From sequence record SRR20825019_1390: a DNA stretch of 57,347 bases. One strand, given 5' to 3'. Below the pieces are notes generated by a model. That model was not told the DNA's origin. It made no database searches and saw only the letters and a list, made by a program, of their open reading frames with translations. A program made the translations under genes and the position numbers. This document shows positions 1 through 10,499 of this stretch, piece after piece. Position 1 is the stretch's first letter. Each line of letters starts with the position of its first letter.

Positions 1-37
1 GGATGTGCCGCAGGAGCGTGTTTTGGAAACAGATACC
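1..37. repeat. Partial REP-like intergenic palindromic repeat, cut by the window edge
   Basis: GGATGTGCCGCAGGAGCGTGTTTTGGAAACAGATACC lies downstream of a gene end and resembles, from recall only, one arm of Marinobacter intergenic repeats. The partner arm is outside the window. Confidence 0.35.
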
Positions 38-132
38 TTTCAATCACGAACAGGCACCCAATGTCGGGTACCACCAGGCATTGCATTAGGAATAGACTAA
101 AACCTATGAGCTACTCACAGGTCAAAGGTTTT

Positions 133-450
133 TCAGGAAGAGTTTTTAGAGCGCAGGAAAGTGCCACAGGCTTTGCACTGGTCCGGGGCCATCAGCTTGG
201 CCTGCCAGCCAATCTTCTGCTCACAGGCGGGACATGCAAGACGCAGTTGCAGAATGATAATGGGGGTAACTAAAGCGGCAATCAGAAGTCCCAGCGGCCC
301 CCAGCTGTCGCCACTGGACAGCCCGAGCTGGCTACTGAAGACCAGAACAATGACCAGCGAGAAGAACGCGAAAATAAAGTAACGCTTGTTCCAGGCTTCC
401 CACCGTCGCAGACGGACATCCTGTTCCGCCGTCAGATACTTTGAACTCAT
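133..450 (-). CDS. Small membrane protein with C-terminal zinc ribbon
   Basis: Two hydrophobic helices, then CPAC...CKAC. The ATG at 450 follows AAGGTG. Confidence 0.75.
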   Translation of the reverse strand: MSSKYLTAEQDVRLRRWEAWNKRYFIFAFFSLVIVLVFSSQLGLSSGDSWGPLGLLIAALVTPIIILQLRLACPACEQKIGWQAKLMAPDQCKACGTFLRSKNSS

Positions 451-508
451 GAGGCCACACCTTGAAAATGAATACGGCAATAGTGGTGAATTGCGGCACT
501 CATTTCAA

Positions 509-2770
509 TCAGCTACCAACCGGCGTGTCGATATCCAGCAAACCAGCAGTCAGCGCTCGCTCCAGTTCACCTGCCGGAATCGGGCGGCTGATCAGGTAAC
601 CCTGAATCAGATCGCAGCGGTGATTCTTGAGGAAAGTCAGCTGCTCATGGGTTTCCACGCCCTCCGCCACCACCTGGATGCCCAGGTTATGGGCCAGGTT
701 AATCACCGCGCGGGTAATCACTGCGTCGTCGTGGCGCTCGGTAACGTCGGTAATGAAGGAGCGGTCGATCTTCAGCAGGTCCACTGGGAAATCCCGCAGG
801 TAACCCAGCGAAGAGTAACCCACGCCGAAGTCATCAATGGCCAGGTGCACGCCCAGCTTGTGTAGCTTGGTCAGCTGGTTCAGGTTGTGCTCGATATTCT
901 GGATGAAGATCTCTTCGGTCAGCTCCACCTCCAGCCGGCTCGCGGGAACGCCATTGCTTTCCAGCGCTTCCTGGATATGGTCGACAATGCTTTCGTCATC
1001 CAGTTCGCGCCCAGAGAGATTCACCGCAATGCGCAGATGGGAGTAGGGGCCTTTCTGCCATTTCGCCAGTTGCCGACAGGCGGCCATGACCACCCAGCGA
1101 CCAATGTCGGTAATGCGGCCGCTTTCCTCCGCCAGGGGAATGAAGTCCACTGGTGGCAACAGGCCACGGCGAGGATGCTGCCAGCGTATCAAAGCCTCCA
1201 CGCTGTTGATGGACGAGTCGTTGAGATCCAGTTGCGGTTGGAAATAGAGCACGAACTCGTCGTTGGCCAGCGCATGGTTAAGATCCTTGTCCAATTCCAG
1301 GCGCATGACCTCCCGGTCCTGCATGCCCTCGGTGTAGAACTGATAGGTGTTGCGGCCCTGTTCCTTGGCACGGTAGAGCGCCACATCGGCATTGCGCAGC
1401 AAGGTATCGGCATCCAGGCCGCTTTGAGGATAGACAGCCACGCCCATAGTGGCAGTAATACTATGTTCCTCACCCTGCACGGCAAACGGCTCTTCAAAGC
1501 ATTGCTTGATCTGGCCCAGCAGATTGATTACATCATCAATGTTTTCAACATGCTGCTGGCACACCATGAACTCATCGCCGCCGGAATAGGCCACCATCAC
1601 TTTTTCGTCGCTCAGGGCATTCAGGCGTTCAGCGACTTTGATGAGCAGTTCGTCGCCGAATTGATGGCCGAGAGAATCGTTGAGCGTCTGGAACCGGTCC
1701 AGGTCGATCATCACCAGCGCTGCCTGGCGCATCTGACGGTCGGCGATGCTTAGGGTGTGCGCCAGGTCTTCCATGAAAAAACGACGATTGGCGAGGCCGG
1801 TCAGCGCATCTGTGGTTTCCAGGCGAGCGAGATCTTTTTGCACCGCCTGACGTTGGCTGATTTCCGCATCCAGCTCCCGGCGGGTTTTCAGCAGTGCATG
1901 GTTGCGCTTGAGAGTCAGCTGCACCAGGAGTGTGGTAAGGCTGGTCAGCAGGCCCATGAACAGCATCACGATGAAGGTCACAAATGGCCAGCGGCTGCGT
2001 TGTTCCTCAACCCACGAGATGGAGGGGGTTACCGCCAGTGTCCAATCGAGTGTTGGCAGGTCAACATCCAGGGTGCGGGAGAACCTGGAGTCTGTTTCCA
2101 TTGAATCGTTAAGCACATAGGCGGGTTCGCCTTTTTCCCGGATTTCGATGTGGAAGGAGGTCAGGGCGCGGTTGGAAAGCATGTAATTAGCCAGGGTTTC
2201 CATCCGGAACACGCCGGCAATAAAGCCGTTGTTGGCGTCACCGGTAAATATGGGCGCGTAGATGACCATACCCTTGCCACCCTGCTTCAGGTTCACAATG
2301 CCGGAGATATCGAGGTTCCCCGTGGCCTGTGCCTCAAGCAGCGATGCCCGTCGTTCCGGGGAGAAGGCCACATTGAAACCAATGGCGTCTTCGTTACCTT
2401 CGATCGGCACCATCCAGCGGATGACATAATCGCGGTCAATCCACTCGATCGCCTGGTAGACGCCAAAATCTGACAGGTATCGGCGGGCGTCTTGCTCCCA
2501 TATCTCTTTTGGCGTGTCCGGTAGGGCTTCAAATCGTTTCGCCATGCGGCTGATGGAGTTTGCGTGAACACGGAATTCCCGCTCCAGCCGCTTTGCCATG
2601 GAACTGGCTTCGCTGCCAAGATTGGACTGGATTTGGGTGTGGTCCTGTTTTTCGATGCCGTACTGCAAAACCAGGGCGATTCCCAGAAACACCAGGAAAA
2701 TCAGTGCCGGAAATGCCGGGTTCAGCAGTCCCCTCACGAACAGGGTTAGCGCCGATGCAGGTTTGTCCAC
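509..2770 (-). CDS. Membrane-bound diguanylate cyclase/phosphodiesterase (CHASE-like sensor, GGDEF, EAL)
   Basis: TM-periplasmic domain-TM; SGGDEF, EAL and DDFGVGYSS motifs; GTG start after GGAG. Confidence 0.93.
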   Translation of the reverse strand: MDKPASALTLFVRGLLNPAFPALIFLVFLGIALVLQYGIEKQDHTQIQSNLGSEASSMAKRLEREFRVHANSISRMAKRFEALPDTPKEIWEQDARRYLSDFGVYQAIEWIDRDYVIRWMVPIEGNEDAIGFNVAFSPERRASLLEAQATGNLDISGIVNLKQGGKGMVIYAPIFTGDANNGFIAGVFRMETLANYMLSNRALTSFHIEIREKGEPAYVLNDSMETDSRFSRTLDVDLPTLDWTLAVTPSISWVEEQRSRWPFVTFIVMLFMGLLTSLTTLLVQLTLKRNHALLKTRRELDAEISQRQAVQKDLARLETTDALTGLANRRFFMEDLAHTLSIADRQMRQAALVMIDLDRFQTLNDSLGHQFGDELLIKVAERLNALSDEKVMVAYSGGDEFMVCQQHVENIDDVINLLGQIKQCFEEPFAVQGEEHSITATMGVAVYPQSGLDADTLLRNADVALYRAKEQGRNTYQFYTEGMQDREVMRLELDKDLNHALANDEFVLYFQPQLDLNDSSINSVEALIRWQHPRRGLLPPVDFIPLAEESGRITDIGRWVVMAACRQLAKWQKGPYSHLRIAVNLSGRELDDESIVDHIQEALESNGVPASRLEVELTEEIFIQNIEHNLNQLTKLHKLGVHLAIDDFGVGYSSLGYLRDFPVDLLKIDRSFITDVTERHDDAVITRAVINLAHNLGIQVVAEGVETHEQLTFLKNHRCDLIQGYLISRPIPAGELERALTAGLLDIDTPVGS

Positions 2771-2824
2771 AAAATGCTCCGGTTGATGAGGTGAGTGACT
2801 AACATATCGGCCGTATTCATCTAA

Positions 2825-4132
2825 TTATGAGGGATAAACGCTATGATCTGTTACCAATTGCTGAATCCTTCCCTTCAGTGAAATTCCGAAAGCGCCATCC
2901 GGCAACGGATGGTGAATCGCTTGCTGCTCTTCGGTTGTCGGGTTTGCCAGGTCAACGATTCGGGGAGGGACCGGCTTTTTGTTGGCATCCATCAGTATCT
3001 CAATCCTGGGTTTGAGTTTTTTACCCGGGTGCACGGTCACGATCAGGGCCACTTCCCCGCTGTTGAGCTCCACCAGTGTTCCAGGTGGATAAATGCCCAC
3101 CATGCGAATAAAGGCTTCTACCATGTCAGCATCGAACTGCCGGCCGCGATTGCGGTATAGAACGCGGATGGCGTCAGATGCCGGAATTCCGTCGCGGTAG
3201 CAGCGGTCACTGGTCATGGCATCGAACGCGTCAACGATGGAGACCAGTCTGGCAAAGCGGCTGATCTGCCATTCCTCCAGTTGTTGCGGATAGCCGCGGC
3301 CATCCAGACGCTCATGGTGGTGACGGGTCACGTCCCCGATAATCGGATCCAGCTTCGGGTCAGAGCTCAGCAGCTCATAGCCGAACGTCGTGTGCTGTTG
3401 CATGATCGCATATTCAGCCGGGCTCAGAGCGCCAGGTTTATTAAGAATTTCGTCAGGAACCTTAAGCTTGCCCAGGTCGTGAAGCAGTCCGCACATACCG
3501 GCAATTTCCAGGTCCTCGTCGGGCAGGCCCAGAAAGCGTGCGAAGGCAACGGTAAAGATGGCCACCCGCAAACAGTGTTCCGCGGTATAGGCGTCGCGGG
3601 ACTTGATGCGGCTCATCCAGAACATTGCACTGGCGTTGGCTTTGATACTTTCCACGCATTCCCGGATAACAGGGCGGGCGTCTTGCAGGTTCAGGTCATT
3701 GCCCCGTTCAATGGCAAGGGTGATCTGTTCCACGAATGCCTGGGTCTTGCCCCATACCTGGTTGGCGCGGGGGATCTCTTCCGCGAGGGAGCGGGTTTCC
3801 GGAAGTGGGGTAGCCGTGCGCTGTTTGTGACTGGTGACCCTTGCCAGGGCCTCAGCCAACACTTGCTCGTCGCCTTCAACCAGCGCCCATTCGCAGTACT
3901 GACGGAGTATGCGAGCCTGGTGGTCGTTCTCAAGAGTGAAACCCTGGAACAGTACGGGCACTTCGATCCAGGGTCGGTCCAGCTTGACGATGCGCATGCC
4001 GTAAGTCAGCAGATCGACGGGCAGACGGACGCGCTCAACTCTGGTTTGGGCGTCAGGGTCAAGCAAACCTGCCTGCGAACGGGCAATCGGTTTTCGTGAA
4101 GGTGGTGTGCTGGTTTTACGTCGGAACCACAT
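2825..4132 (-). CDS. HD-GYP c-di-GMP phosphodiesterase with DUF3391-like N-terminus
   Basis: LLHDLGK and HHHERLDGRGYP motifs; C-terminal YPPGTLVELNSGE. Confidence 0.92.
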   Translation of the reverse strand: MWFRRKTSTPPSRKPIARSQAGLLDPDAQTRVERVRLPVDLLTYGMRIVKLDRPWIEVPVLFQGFTLENDHQARILRQYCEWALVEGDEQVLAEALARVTSHKQRTATPLPETRSLAEEIPRANQVWGKTQAFVEQITLAIERGNDLNLQDARPVIRECVESIKANASAMFWMSRIKSRDAYTAEHCLRVAIFTVAFARFLGLPDEDLEIAGMCGLLHDLGKLKVPDEILNKPGALSPAEYAIMQQHTTFGYELLSSDPKLDPIIGDVTRHHHERLDGRGYPQQLEEWQISRFARLVSIVDAFDAMTSDRCYRDGIPASDAIRVLYRNRGRQFDADMVEAFIRMVGIYPPGTLVELNSGEVALIVTVHPGKKLKPRIEILMDANKKPVPPRIVDLANPTTEEQQAIHHPLPDGAFGISLKGRIQQLVTDHSVYPS

Positions 4133-4184
4133 GGCTCTGCCAGTCTTCTGATTGTCTGGCTAGATTATGGCAGAAGTGCTGTCT

Positions 4185-4598
4185 TCAGAACAGGCGGGGG
4201 ATTTCCTGCTTGGGACACCGGTCCATGACCACTGATATGCCAGCGTTTTCCGCTCTTCGGGCCCCGGTTTCGTTGATCACACCAATCTGCATCCAGACAA
4301 CCGGAATGCCCTTTTCAATGGCGGCATCGATAACAGGGTCGGTGTGGTTCGGTGCAAGGAACAGGTCGGCCATGTCGATTGTCCCGGGAACGGATGCAAG
4401 ATCGGCGTAGACGGTTTCGCCCAATAGCGTCTTGCCAGCCAGCCGCGGGTTTACAGGGATCACCCGGTAGCCACGCCCCTGCAGGTAGGCCATTACTTCA
4501 TGGCTGGGGCGGTGGGGTTTGTCACTGGCGCCCACGAGCGCAATCGTGCGGACGGTTTCCAGAATTTCGCGCAGTTGTTCAGGACTGTTTCGGGACAT
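4185..4598 (-). CDS. yccU: CoA-binding protein, YccU family
   Basis: IALVGASDKPHRPS, VIPVNP and VVMDRC motifs. Confidence 0.9.
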   Translation of the reverse strand: MSRNSPEQLREILETVRTIALVGASDKPHRPSHEVMAYLQGRGYRVIPVNPRLAGKTLLGETVYADLASVPGTIDMADLFLAPNHTDPVIDAAIEKGIPVVWMQIGVINETGARRAENAGISVVMDRCPKQEIPRLF

Positions 4599-4612
4599 GC
4601 GATATCAACTCT

Positions 4613-4993
4613 TCAGGAATCCCGGTGTGCCTCAAGGCGAACGGACACCGACTCGGCATAGCGTAGCGCATGGGGTTTGTCGATTTCCACTGCCGCCCAG
4701 TGAACCGCTTCGTGCTCCATGACAATACTGAGCACCTCGTGGGTCAGCCGTTCCAGCAGGGCAAAACGGTTGCCGTCCACGTGGCCGATGATCTGCTTGG
4801 TAATCGTGCGGTAGTTCAGTGCCGCGCGAATGTCATTCTCGTTGATGGCGGCCGCGGCATCGTAGGTCAGGCAGACGTTGATCAGCACATCCTGCTGGTT
4901 GTTGATCTCTTCTTCCTTGATGCCGATATAGGCGCGCAGCAGCAAATCCTTGATGCGTACGGTTGCCTGGTGATTTCCGGTCACTGCAGTCAT
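4613..4993 (-). CDS. folX: Dihydroneopterin triphosphate 2'-epimerase
   Basis: [31 protein letters not shown] and KPHALR motifs; adjacent to folE. Confidence 0.92.
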   Translation of the reverse strand: MTAVTGNHQATVRIKDLLLRAYIGIKEEEINNQQDVLINVCLTYDAAAAINENDIRAALNYRTITKQIIGHVDGNRFALLERLTHEVLSIVMEHEAVHWAAVEIDKPHALRYAESVSVRLEAHRDS

Positions 4994-5019
4994 CTGGCCT
5001 CCTGGTCAACAATGGATGT

Positions 5020-5586
5020 TCAGCGATCCCGAATCAGGGTCAGGAACTCAGTGCGCGTGGCTTGTGACCTGCGGAACTGGCCCAGCATCATCGAGGTTTT
5101 CATGCGGGAATTCTGCTTTTCAACGCCACGCATCATCATGCACATGTGTTGGGCTTCAATAACCACAGCCACGCCCTTGGCGCCGGTCACCGCCTCAATG
5201 GCCTCGGCGATTTCGCGAGTCAGGTTTTCCTGGATCTGCAACCGGCGAGCGTACATGTCGACGATACGGGCAAACTTGGACAGGCCCAGCACCTTGCCAT
5301 TGGGCAGGTAGGCAATGTGACATTTTCCGATGAACGGCAACATGTGATGCTCGCACATGCTGTACAGCTCAATGTCCTGAACCACGACCATTTCGTCCAT
5401 GGCGGACTCGAAAACCGCGTTATTGACCAATGTATCCAGGCTTTGCTTGTAACCCTGCGTCAGGAACTGCATAGCCTTGGCTGCCCGTATGGGGGTGTCC
5501 TGAAGTCCCTCGCGATCAGGGTTTTCGCCCAGGCCTGCAATGATCTGCTGAAAATGGCTGGCCAGGTCGTCGAGCTTGTTGGTCAT
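5020..5586 (-). CDS. folE: GTP cyclohydrolase I (Zn-dependent type)
   Basis: [23 protein letters not shown] and HMCMMMRG motifs. Confidence 0.97.
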   Translation of the reverse strand: MTNKLDDLASHFQQIIAGLGENPDREGLQDTPIRAAKAMQFLTQGYKQSLDTLVNNAVFESAMDEMVVVQDIELYSMCEHHMLPFIGKCHIAYLPNGKVLGLSKFARIVDMYARRLQIQENLTREIAEAIEAVTGAKGVAVVIEAQHMCMMMRGVEKQNSRMKTSMMLGQFRRSQATRTEFLTLIRDR

Positions 5587-5780
5587 AGTCGCTTCCGGTT
5601 AAATGAATCAGTTCAGGGCGAAAGCTTAAGGGAATTTGCCCGCGCCCTCCAGATTTACGACCACACAGGGCGAAAAGACCACCCCGGAACGCTCTGGTTC
5701 GCAAATTGTCGGACCAGATCTGGCAGGGGCGGTTGGTTTGATTTAGAGTTTCAGTCTCAGGCTGGTTTCAGGAAACCGCA

Positions 5781-6695
5781 ATGGAACAGGTAATACCGGG
5801 AGTTCGGGGTGCCGCCCCCGGCGCAGGGAATGCGACACTGGAATGGTGGCAACAGGAGGGCAAGTGGTTTTCCTATGGCGGCCACGCGATCTTCAGCAGA
5901 ATGGCGGGCCAGGGCGATCCCGTGGTTTTGCTGCATGGCTTTCCGACGGCCAGCTGGGACTGGAGCCGGCTGTGGCCAATGCTGCAGCAGCATCACAGCT
6001 TGTTCACCCTCGACATGCTGGGCTTTGGCTTTTCCGATAAGCCGGCACTGTACGACTACAGCATCGAAGACCAGGCCGACATGTTCGAGGGCTGGATCGC
6101 CGGTCTGGGATTGAAGACAGTCAGTCTGTTCGCCCATGATTATGGCGGCAGCGTGGCCCAGGAACTGTTGGCCAGAGATCAGGAAGGGTTGCTGCCTTTC
6201 TCCATCGCCCGGGTCGGCTTTCTCAACGGCGCCCTGTTTCCGGAAGTCCACAGTCCACTGTTAATTCAGAAGCTCCTGGGCAGCCCTCTCGGTGGCCTGA
6301 TCAGTCGCGGTCTCACCCGTCGTACCTTCGAACGCAACTTCCGGCGTCTGTTTGGCCCGGAGACCCCGCCGTCACGGAAAGATATGGATGACTTCTGGTA
6401 CCTGTTGACCTACAACAATGGCCGCGGAATTCTGCATAACCTGATTCACTTCATGGAAGAGCGCCGTTGCCATCGTAACCGCTGGGTGGGTGCCTTACAG
6501 AAGGCAGAACAGCCAATGAGGCTGATCTCGGGTGTGGCGGACCCGGTGTCCGGTTCCGCTATGGCCAGACGTTACCGGGAGCTGGTGCCGAACGCGGACG
6601 TGGTGAGCCTTCGCAACGTCGGTCACTACCCTCATTTCGAATCTACCGGTGAGGTGTATCGGGCGTGGCGGGACTTCTGCAAGCAGTCGGAGTAA
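5781..6695 (+). CDS. Alpha/beta hydrolase (MEST/epoxide hydrolase-like)
   Basis: LLHGFPTASWDW, AHDYGG nucleophile elbow and GHYPH. Confidence 0.9.
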   Translation: MEQVIPGVRGAAPGAGNATLEWWQQEGKWFSYGGHAIFSRMAGQGDPVVLLHGFPTASWDWSRLWPMLQQHHSLFTLDMLGFGFSDKPALYDYSIEDQADMFEGWIAGLGLKTVSLFAHDYGGSVAQELLARDQEGLLPFSIARVGFLNGALFPEVHSPLLIQKLLGSPLGGLISRGLTRRTFERNFRRLFGPETPPSRKDMDDFWYLLTYNNGRGILHNLIHFMEERRCHRNRWVGALQKAEQPMRLISGVADPVSGSAMARRYRELVPNADVVSLRNVGHYPHFESTGEVYRAWRDFCKQSE

Positions 6696-6706
6696 GGCCC
6701 GAGGTG

Positions 6707-7777
6707 CTACAGGTCGTTGGCCAACGCTTTGTCTTCAGTATCTTCGGGTGGTTGCTCGTGCGGTCTCCTGGCGGCGCTGACTACTTGGTTACGGCCTCTC
6801 GCCTTGGCTTCGTAGAGTGCCTGATCCGCCCGGTTCAGCCAGACCGACCAGGTTTCACCCTTGCCGACTTCCGCCACACTCGCGCTGGCTGTGATCTGTA
6901 TCCCTTCTACGAACGGGCGGGCACTGATGCTGGTCAGCAATTCCCGCGCGACTTTGTCAGCATCCTTCTGGCGGGTTTCTGGTAGTACCAACATGAATTC
7001 CTCACCGCCAATACGGAACAGACGGTCGCTCTCTCTCAGCCGCCTGCCAATCCGCAGTGTCAGCTCCTGCAGCACCTTGTCACCGGCCAGGTGGCCCCAA
7101 CGATCGTTGATCATCTTGAAGTAATCCAGATCCAGCAATATGAGACTGGACACTCGCTCGTATCGCTCACGCATCTGGATTTGGCCGTTGAGAATATCCG
7201 CCAATTGCGAGCGGTTGAGGCAGCCGGTCAGGGGATCGGTGGTGGCCAGGCGAGTCAGCTCGACCTGCAGGCGGCCCACCAGCCAGGCAAAGATCATCAC
7301 GAACAGGCAGGTCAGGCCGAGGGAAAAGGTGATACGCCAGAAATCCGCTTCTGGAAACGTAATAAACGACACAACGGACATGCTGACTACAAACACGATA
7401 TTGCTGGCGGTGGCCTCCTTCAACGGAAGCAAAAAAAACAGTGCGGCGGCGGCCGGGTATGCCCAGTACAGCCCGGCGTGGCCATTGATCAGGGTGGAGT
7501 ACACCGCGCAGACCACTGCCAATGTCGGGAACAGGCGCCCCTGGAGAAAATAGACACCGCGGAACCGAAGGAATGCAATAACGGCCACTGCATTCAGGCA
7601 GAACAGAATAAGAAGCGATGCCAGCAGAACATTGCCTTTTTGCCATTGCACCATCACCAGCGGAGCGACGGCAATAAAAGCCCAGAAATGCAGGTGATAG
7701 ACGATCTGACGCTTGAAACCAATCACGGCCAGGGTGGGGTTGGTGGCCAGGTTGTCTGTAGTGGCAAGAGGATTCAC
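6707..7777 (-). CDS. Integral-membrane diguanylate cyclase
   Basis: About 5-6 TM helices, GGEEF active site and RESD (RxxD) I-site. GTG at 7777 follows GGGAG; the ORF is open to 7810. Confidence 0.9.
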   Translation of the reverse strand: MNPLATTDNLATNPTLAVIGFKRQIVYHLHFWAFIAVAPLVMVQWQKGNVLLASLLILFCLNAVAVIAFLRFRGVYFLQGRLFPTLAVVCAVYSTLINGHAGLYWAYPAAAALFFLLPLKEATASNIVFVVSMSVVSFITFPEADFWRITFSLGLTCLFVMIFAWLVGRLQVELTRLATTDPLTGCLNRSQLADILNGQIQMRERYERVSSLILLDLDYFKMINDRWGHLAGDKVLQELTLRIGRRLRESDRLFRIGGEEFMLVLPETRQKDADKVARELLTSISARPFVEGIQITASASVAEVGKGETWSVWLNRADQALYEAKARGRNQVVSAARRPHEQPPEDTEDKALANDL

Positions 7778-7952
7778 AGCACACTCCCGCTGTTTGTGGT
7801 GGGCCCGCATTCCTTGATCCGGGCTTTTGCAAAGTCTAGCACGGCCTTCACGGGAAGGTAGTTGGTTTTACACCTTTCAACGGGCGAGAATCGCGCTCTG
7901 GCTGCCGGGAGCCCAGTTCGCTAAACTGGCGGGCTCGGAACAAGGAGCCGTT

Positions 7953-9047
7953 ATGAGCGCAGTACACACCCGTTCTCCCGCATTGACCATACGCGCCGGC
8001 CGCCGTGCTTTTGAGCGGTTGCGGGAGCAACCGTTTGCGGCGGGCGACGTGCACGTCATCCCTGGCGCAGCGGGTGGCCCGAAGGCGTTGGGCATTTCCG
8101 GCCTGGATAAAGCCATCTTTGGGGACTTTCTGCCCAGGGCGCCACAGGAGCGCTCGCTGATTGGCTCTTCCATTGGCAGTTGGCGATTTGCAGCGGTGGC
8201 CTCGACGGATGACCCCAAGGCGCAGCTGGCCCGGCTGGCGGACCTCTACACATCCCAGCGCTTCGCCAAAGGCGTCAGCATGGCGGAAGTCAGCCGCAAG
8301 AGTGTGTTGTTTCTGGAAGAACTGCTGGGGGGCCATGAAGACCACATTCTCAATCATCCCTGGTACCGCCTGAACGTTGTTGTGGTTCGCAGCCGCGGCA
8401 TGCTGGAGCACGATACCAGGGGGCGCCTCAGTCTGGGCCTGATGAATGCCATCAGTGCCAACATGGTCAGCCGCCGACATCTGGGCCGGTTCATGGAGCG
8501 GGGCATCATCCATGATGCGCGAGTGAAAGCACCCCTGGCCAAGCTGGTGGATTTTCCCAGCCATGAAGTGCCATTGAGCCGCGATAACCTGATGTCAGCG
8601 CTGCTTGCGTCTGCGTCCATACCCATGGTGATGTCCGGTGTCCGCAACATTCCCGGCGCTCCTGATGGGTTATATCGGGACGGGGGCCTGTTGGATTACC
8701 ATCTTGACCTGCCGTACGAACAGCCCGGGGTGATCCTCTATCCCCACTTCACCGATAAGGTGGTTCCGGGCTGGTTCGACAAAACCCTGCCCTGGCGTCG
8801 CGGCGATGCCACCCGGCTGCAGGATGTACTGTTGGTGTCACCCTCCCCGGAATATCTGGAATCCCTGCCAGACCGGAAACTGCCAGACCGGAAGGACTTC
8901 GAGCGCTACATCGGAGACGACGCCGGCCGCGAGCGCGCGTGGCGCAAGGCGATTGCCGAAAGCGACCGGTTGGGTGACGAGTTCATGGAATTGGTGGAAT
9001 CCGGGCGTCTGAAGGACGTCATTCGACCTCTGGATGGGAAGCGCTGA
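7953..9047 (+). CDS. Patatin-like phospholipase
   Basis: GAAGGPK, GSSIG (GxSxG) and DGG motifs; AAGGAG RBS. Confidence 0.88.
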   Translation: MSAVHTRSPALTIRAGRRAFERLREQPFAAGDVHVIPGAAGGPKALGISGLDKAIFGDFLPRAPQERSLIGSSIGSWRFAAVASTDDPKAQLARLADLYTSQRFAKGVSMAEVSRKSVLFLEELLGGHEDHILNHPWYRLNVVVVRSRGMLEHDTRGRLSLGLMNAISANMVSRRHLGRFMERGIIHDARVKAPLAKLVDFPSHEVPLSRDNLMSALLASASIPMVMSGVRNIPGAPDGLYRDGGLLDYHLDLPYEQPGVILYPHFTDKVVPGWFDKTLPWRRGDATRLQDVLLVSPSPEYLESLPDRKLPDRKDFERYIGDDAGRERAWRKAIAESDRLGDEFMELVESGRLKDVIRPLDGKR

Positions 9048-9116
9048 GCGCAGGCAATACGCTCCGCTTTGACTATACTGCCCTTGGATACAAAAGAATA
9101 AAGCAGGGGCTGACCA

Positions 9117-9374
9117 ATGACTGATGAGAAGCCGGAAATTCCCAGAACCACGCCGTGTTCAGTGCTGGTCGAGGGCGGCAAGAACTACTTCTGGTGCGCC
9201 TGTGGCCGCAGTAACAGCCAGCCATTCTGTGACGGCTCCCACAAGGGAACAGGATTTACGCCGGTTAAATACACGGCTGAAAAGAAAGAATGGGTGTGGT
9301 TCTGCGGCTGCAAGCACACCGGCAACCCGCCGTTGTGCGACGGCACCCACAAAACCCTGGATCAGGGTGCCTGA
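9117..9374 (+). CDS. CDGSH iron-sulfur protein with two motifs (MiNT/CISD3-like)
   Basis: CACGRSNSQPFCDGSH and CGCKHTGNPPLCDGTH. Confidence 0.93.
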   Translation: MTDEKPEIPRTTPCSVLVEGGKNYFWCACGRSNSQPFCDGSHKGTGFTPVKYTAEKKEWVWFCGCKHTGNPPLCDGTHKTLDQGA

Positions 9375-10408
9375 ATACCGGGCTGGAGGCTTAGCCGGTA
9401 ACCGCTGAAACCGTGTAGCGTATCCTGCAATGCCAGTACTCTCAGCGTAACAGAGACTTGGCGATCATCGGCATCCAACAGCTTGAGGTCGATACGCTGT
9501 ATTTGTCGCTCCTGGCGGGACGCCTGTAGGGTCCTGAGGAAGTTTTCCACGTAGGTGGGGTCGACCAATTGCTCGAATGGGGTGCCGGCCAGGTCCGCCG
9601 GTGCCTTATTCAGAAGCTCCACCACCTGGGGTGAAATGTATCCGGTCAGTGCCTTTTCATCCAGCTCACAGATCGTTGCGCCGGAAAGGGCGACCAGGTC
9701 CCGGCTGCGTTGTTCGCTGTCATTCAATGCCTGCCGCAGGATCGATTTTTCAACCTGCATGTTGTTCAGTTGCTGTTCGTACCCGTGGGATACTTTTTCG
9801 GCGTTTCGGTAGTGGCTTTGCCACCGGCGGATGCGCAGGCACAGGAAAACCACGACCACTGTCGCCAGCACCGTCATCGCCAGCCCCGCAAGCCAGATAA
9901 AACGGAAGGAACGGCGGGCAGGTTGAGACAGGAATCCGGAATCCGGCAGTGTGGTTACCAGCCAGCGATGCTCTCCAATTTCGACTTCAGAGCGCAGGGA
10001 CTGGGAACGATCCGGGCTTTCTGCGCGAATGGCCTGGAACAAGGGGGTTTTGGTATGCCGCTCCAGGGTGTCCACGCGCAAATTGAGCATACCGGGTACC
10101 GCATCCTTGAACACAGTGGCAAGCCATAGCTCTGCGGGCGCTACGTTATTAATGGTTCTGGCTGGTGCGACTCCATCTGTATAGAGCGGCGGAAGCTCGT
10201 CATACCCACGTAGGCGGGCGACAAGCGCATTGTGCTGCTTGCGGTATACCTGCTCAGCGAGTGACCGTGATTGTTCCTCAAGCGCCTGCGCGGTCAGGCC
10301 GGTAACAACAAGGCCGGCAAACAATACCAGCAGGGGCGCCCACAGGTGTGGCAGCGCCATAGCGTGTCCTGTCCCTGTCAATCTGGGGCTTTCCATAGGT
10401 TGATCCAT
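9362..10408 (-). CDS. Membrane sensor protein (TM-periplasmic-TM-coiled coil-PAS) without output domain
   Basis: Two TM segments; SEQRSRDLVALS...ELD...GYISP PAS entry; the ORF ends right after PAS. Start is uncertain (10408, 10396 or 10360). Confidence 0.75.
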   Translation of the reverse strand: MDQPMESPRLTGTGHAMALPHLWAPLLVLFAGLVVTGLTAQALEEQSRSLAEQVYRKQHNALVARLRGYDELPPLYTDGVAPARTINNVAPAELWLATVFKDAVPGMLNLRVDTLERHTKTPLFQAIRAESPDRSQSLRSEVEIGEHRWLVTTLPDSGFLSQPARRSFRFIWLAGLAMTVLATVVVVFLCLRIRRWQSHYRNAEKVSHGYEQQLNNMQVEKSILRQALNDSEQRSRDLVALSGATICELDEKALTGYISPQVVELLNKAPADLAGTPFEQLVDPTYVENFLRTLQASRQERQIQRIDLKLLDADDRQVSVTLRVLALQDTLHGFSGYRLSLQPGIQAP

Positions 10409-10499
10409 AACCGGTGGCGAACGTGTAGGGAACTTCCTGCTCTTATACTTTAGACCACTGCTCGTGCCCTGGGAAACTTTGCTCAGGAATCCATCGCTG

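Noticed and set aside
5587-5780. Riboswitch upstream of folE; CAGGGCGAAA repeated at 5614 and 5666
   Set aside because: No recognisable aptamer fold, and a single 10-bp repeat is weak evidence. An Rfam scan would be needed.
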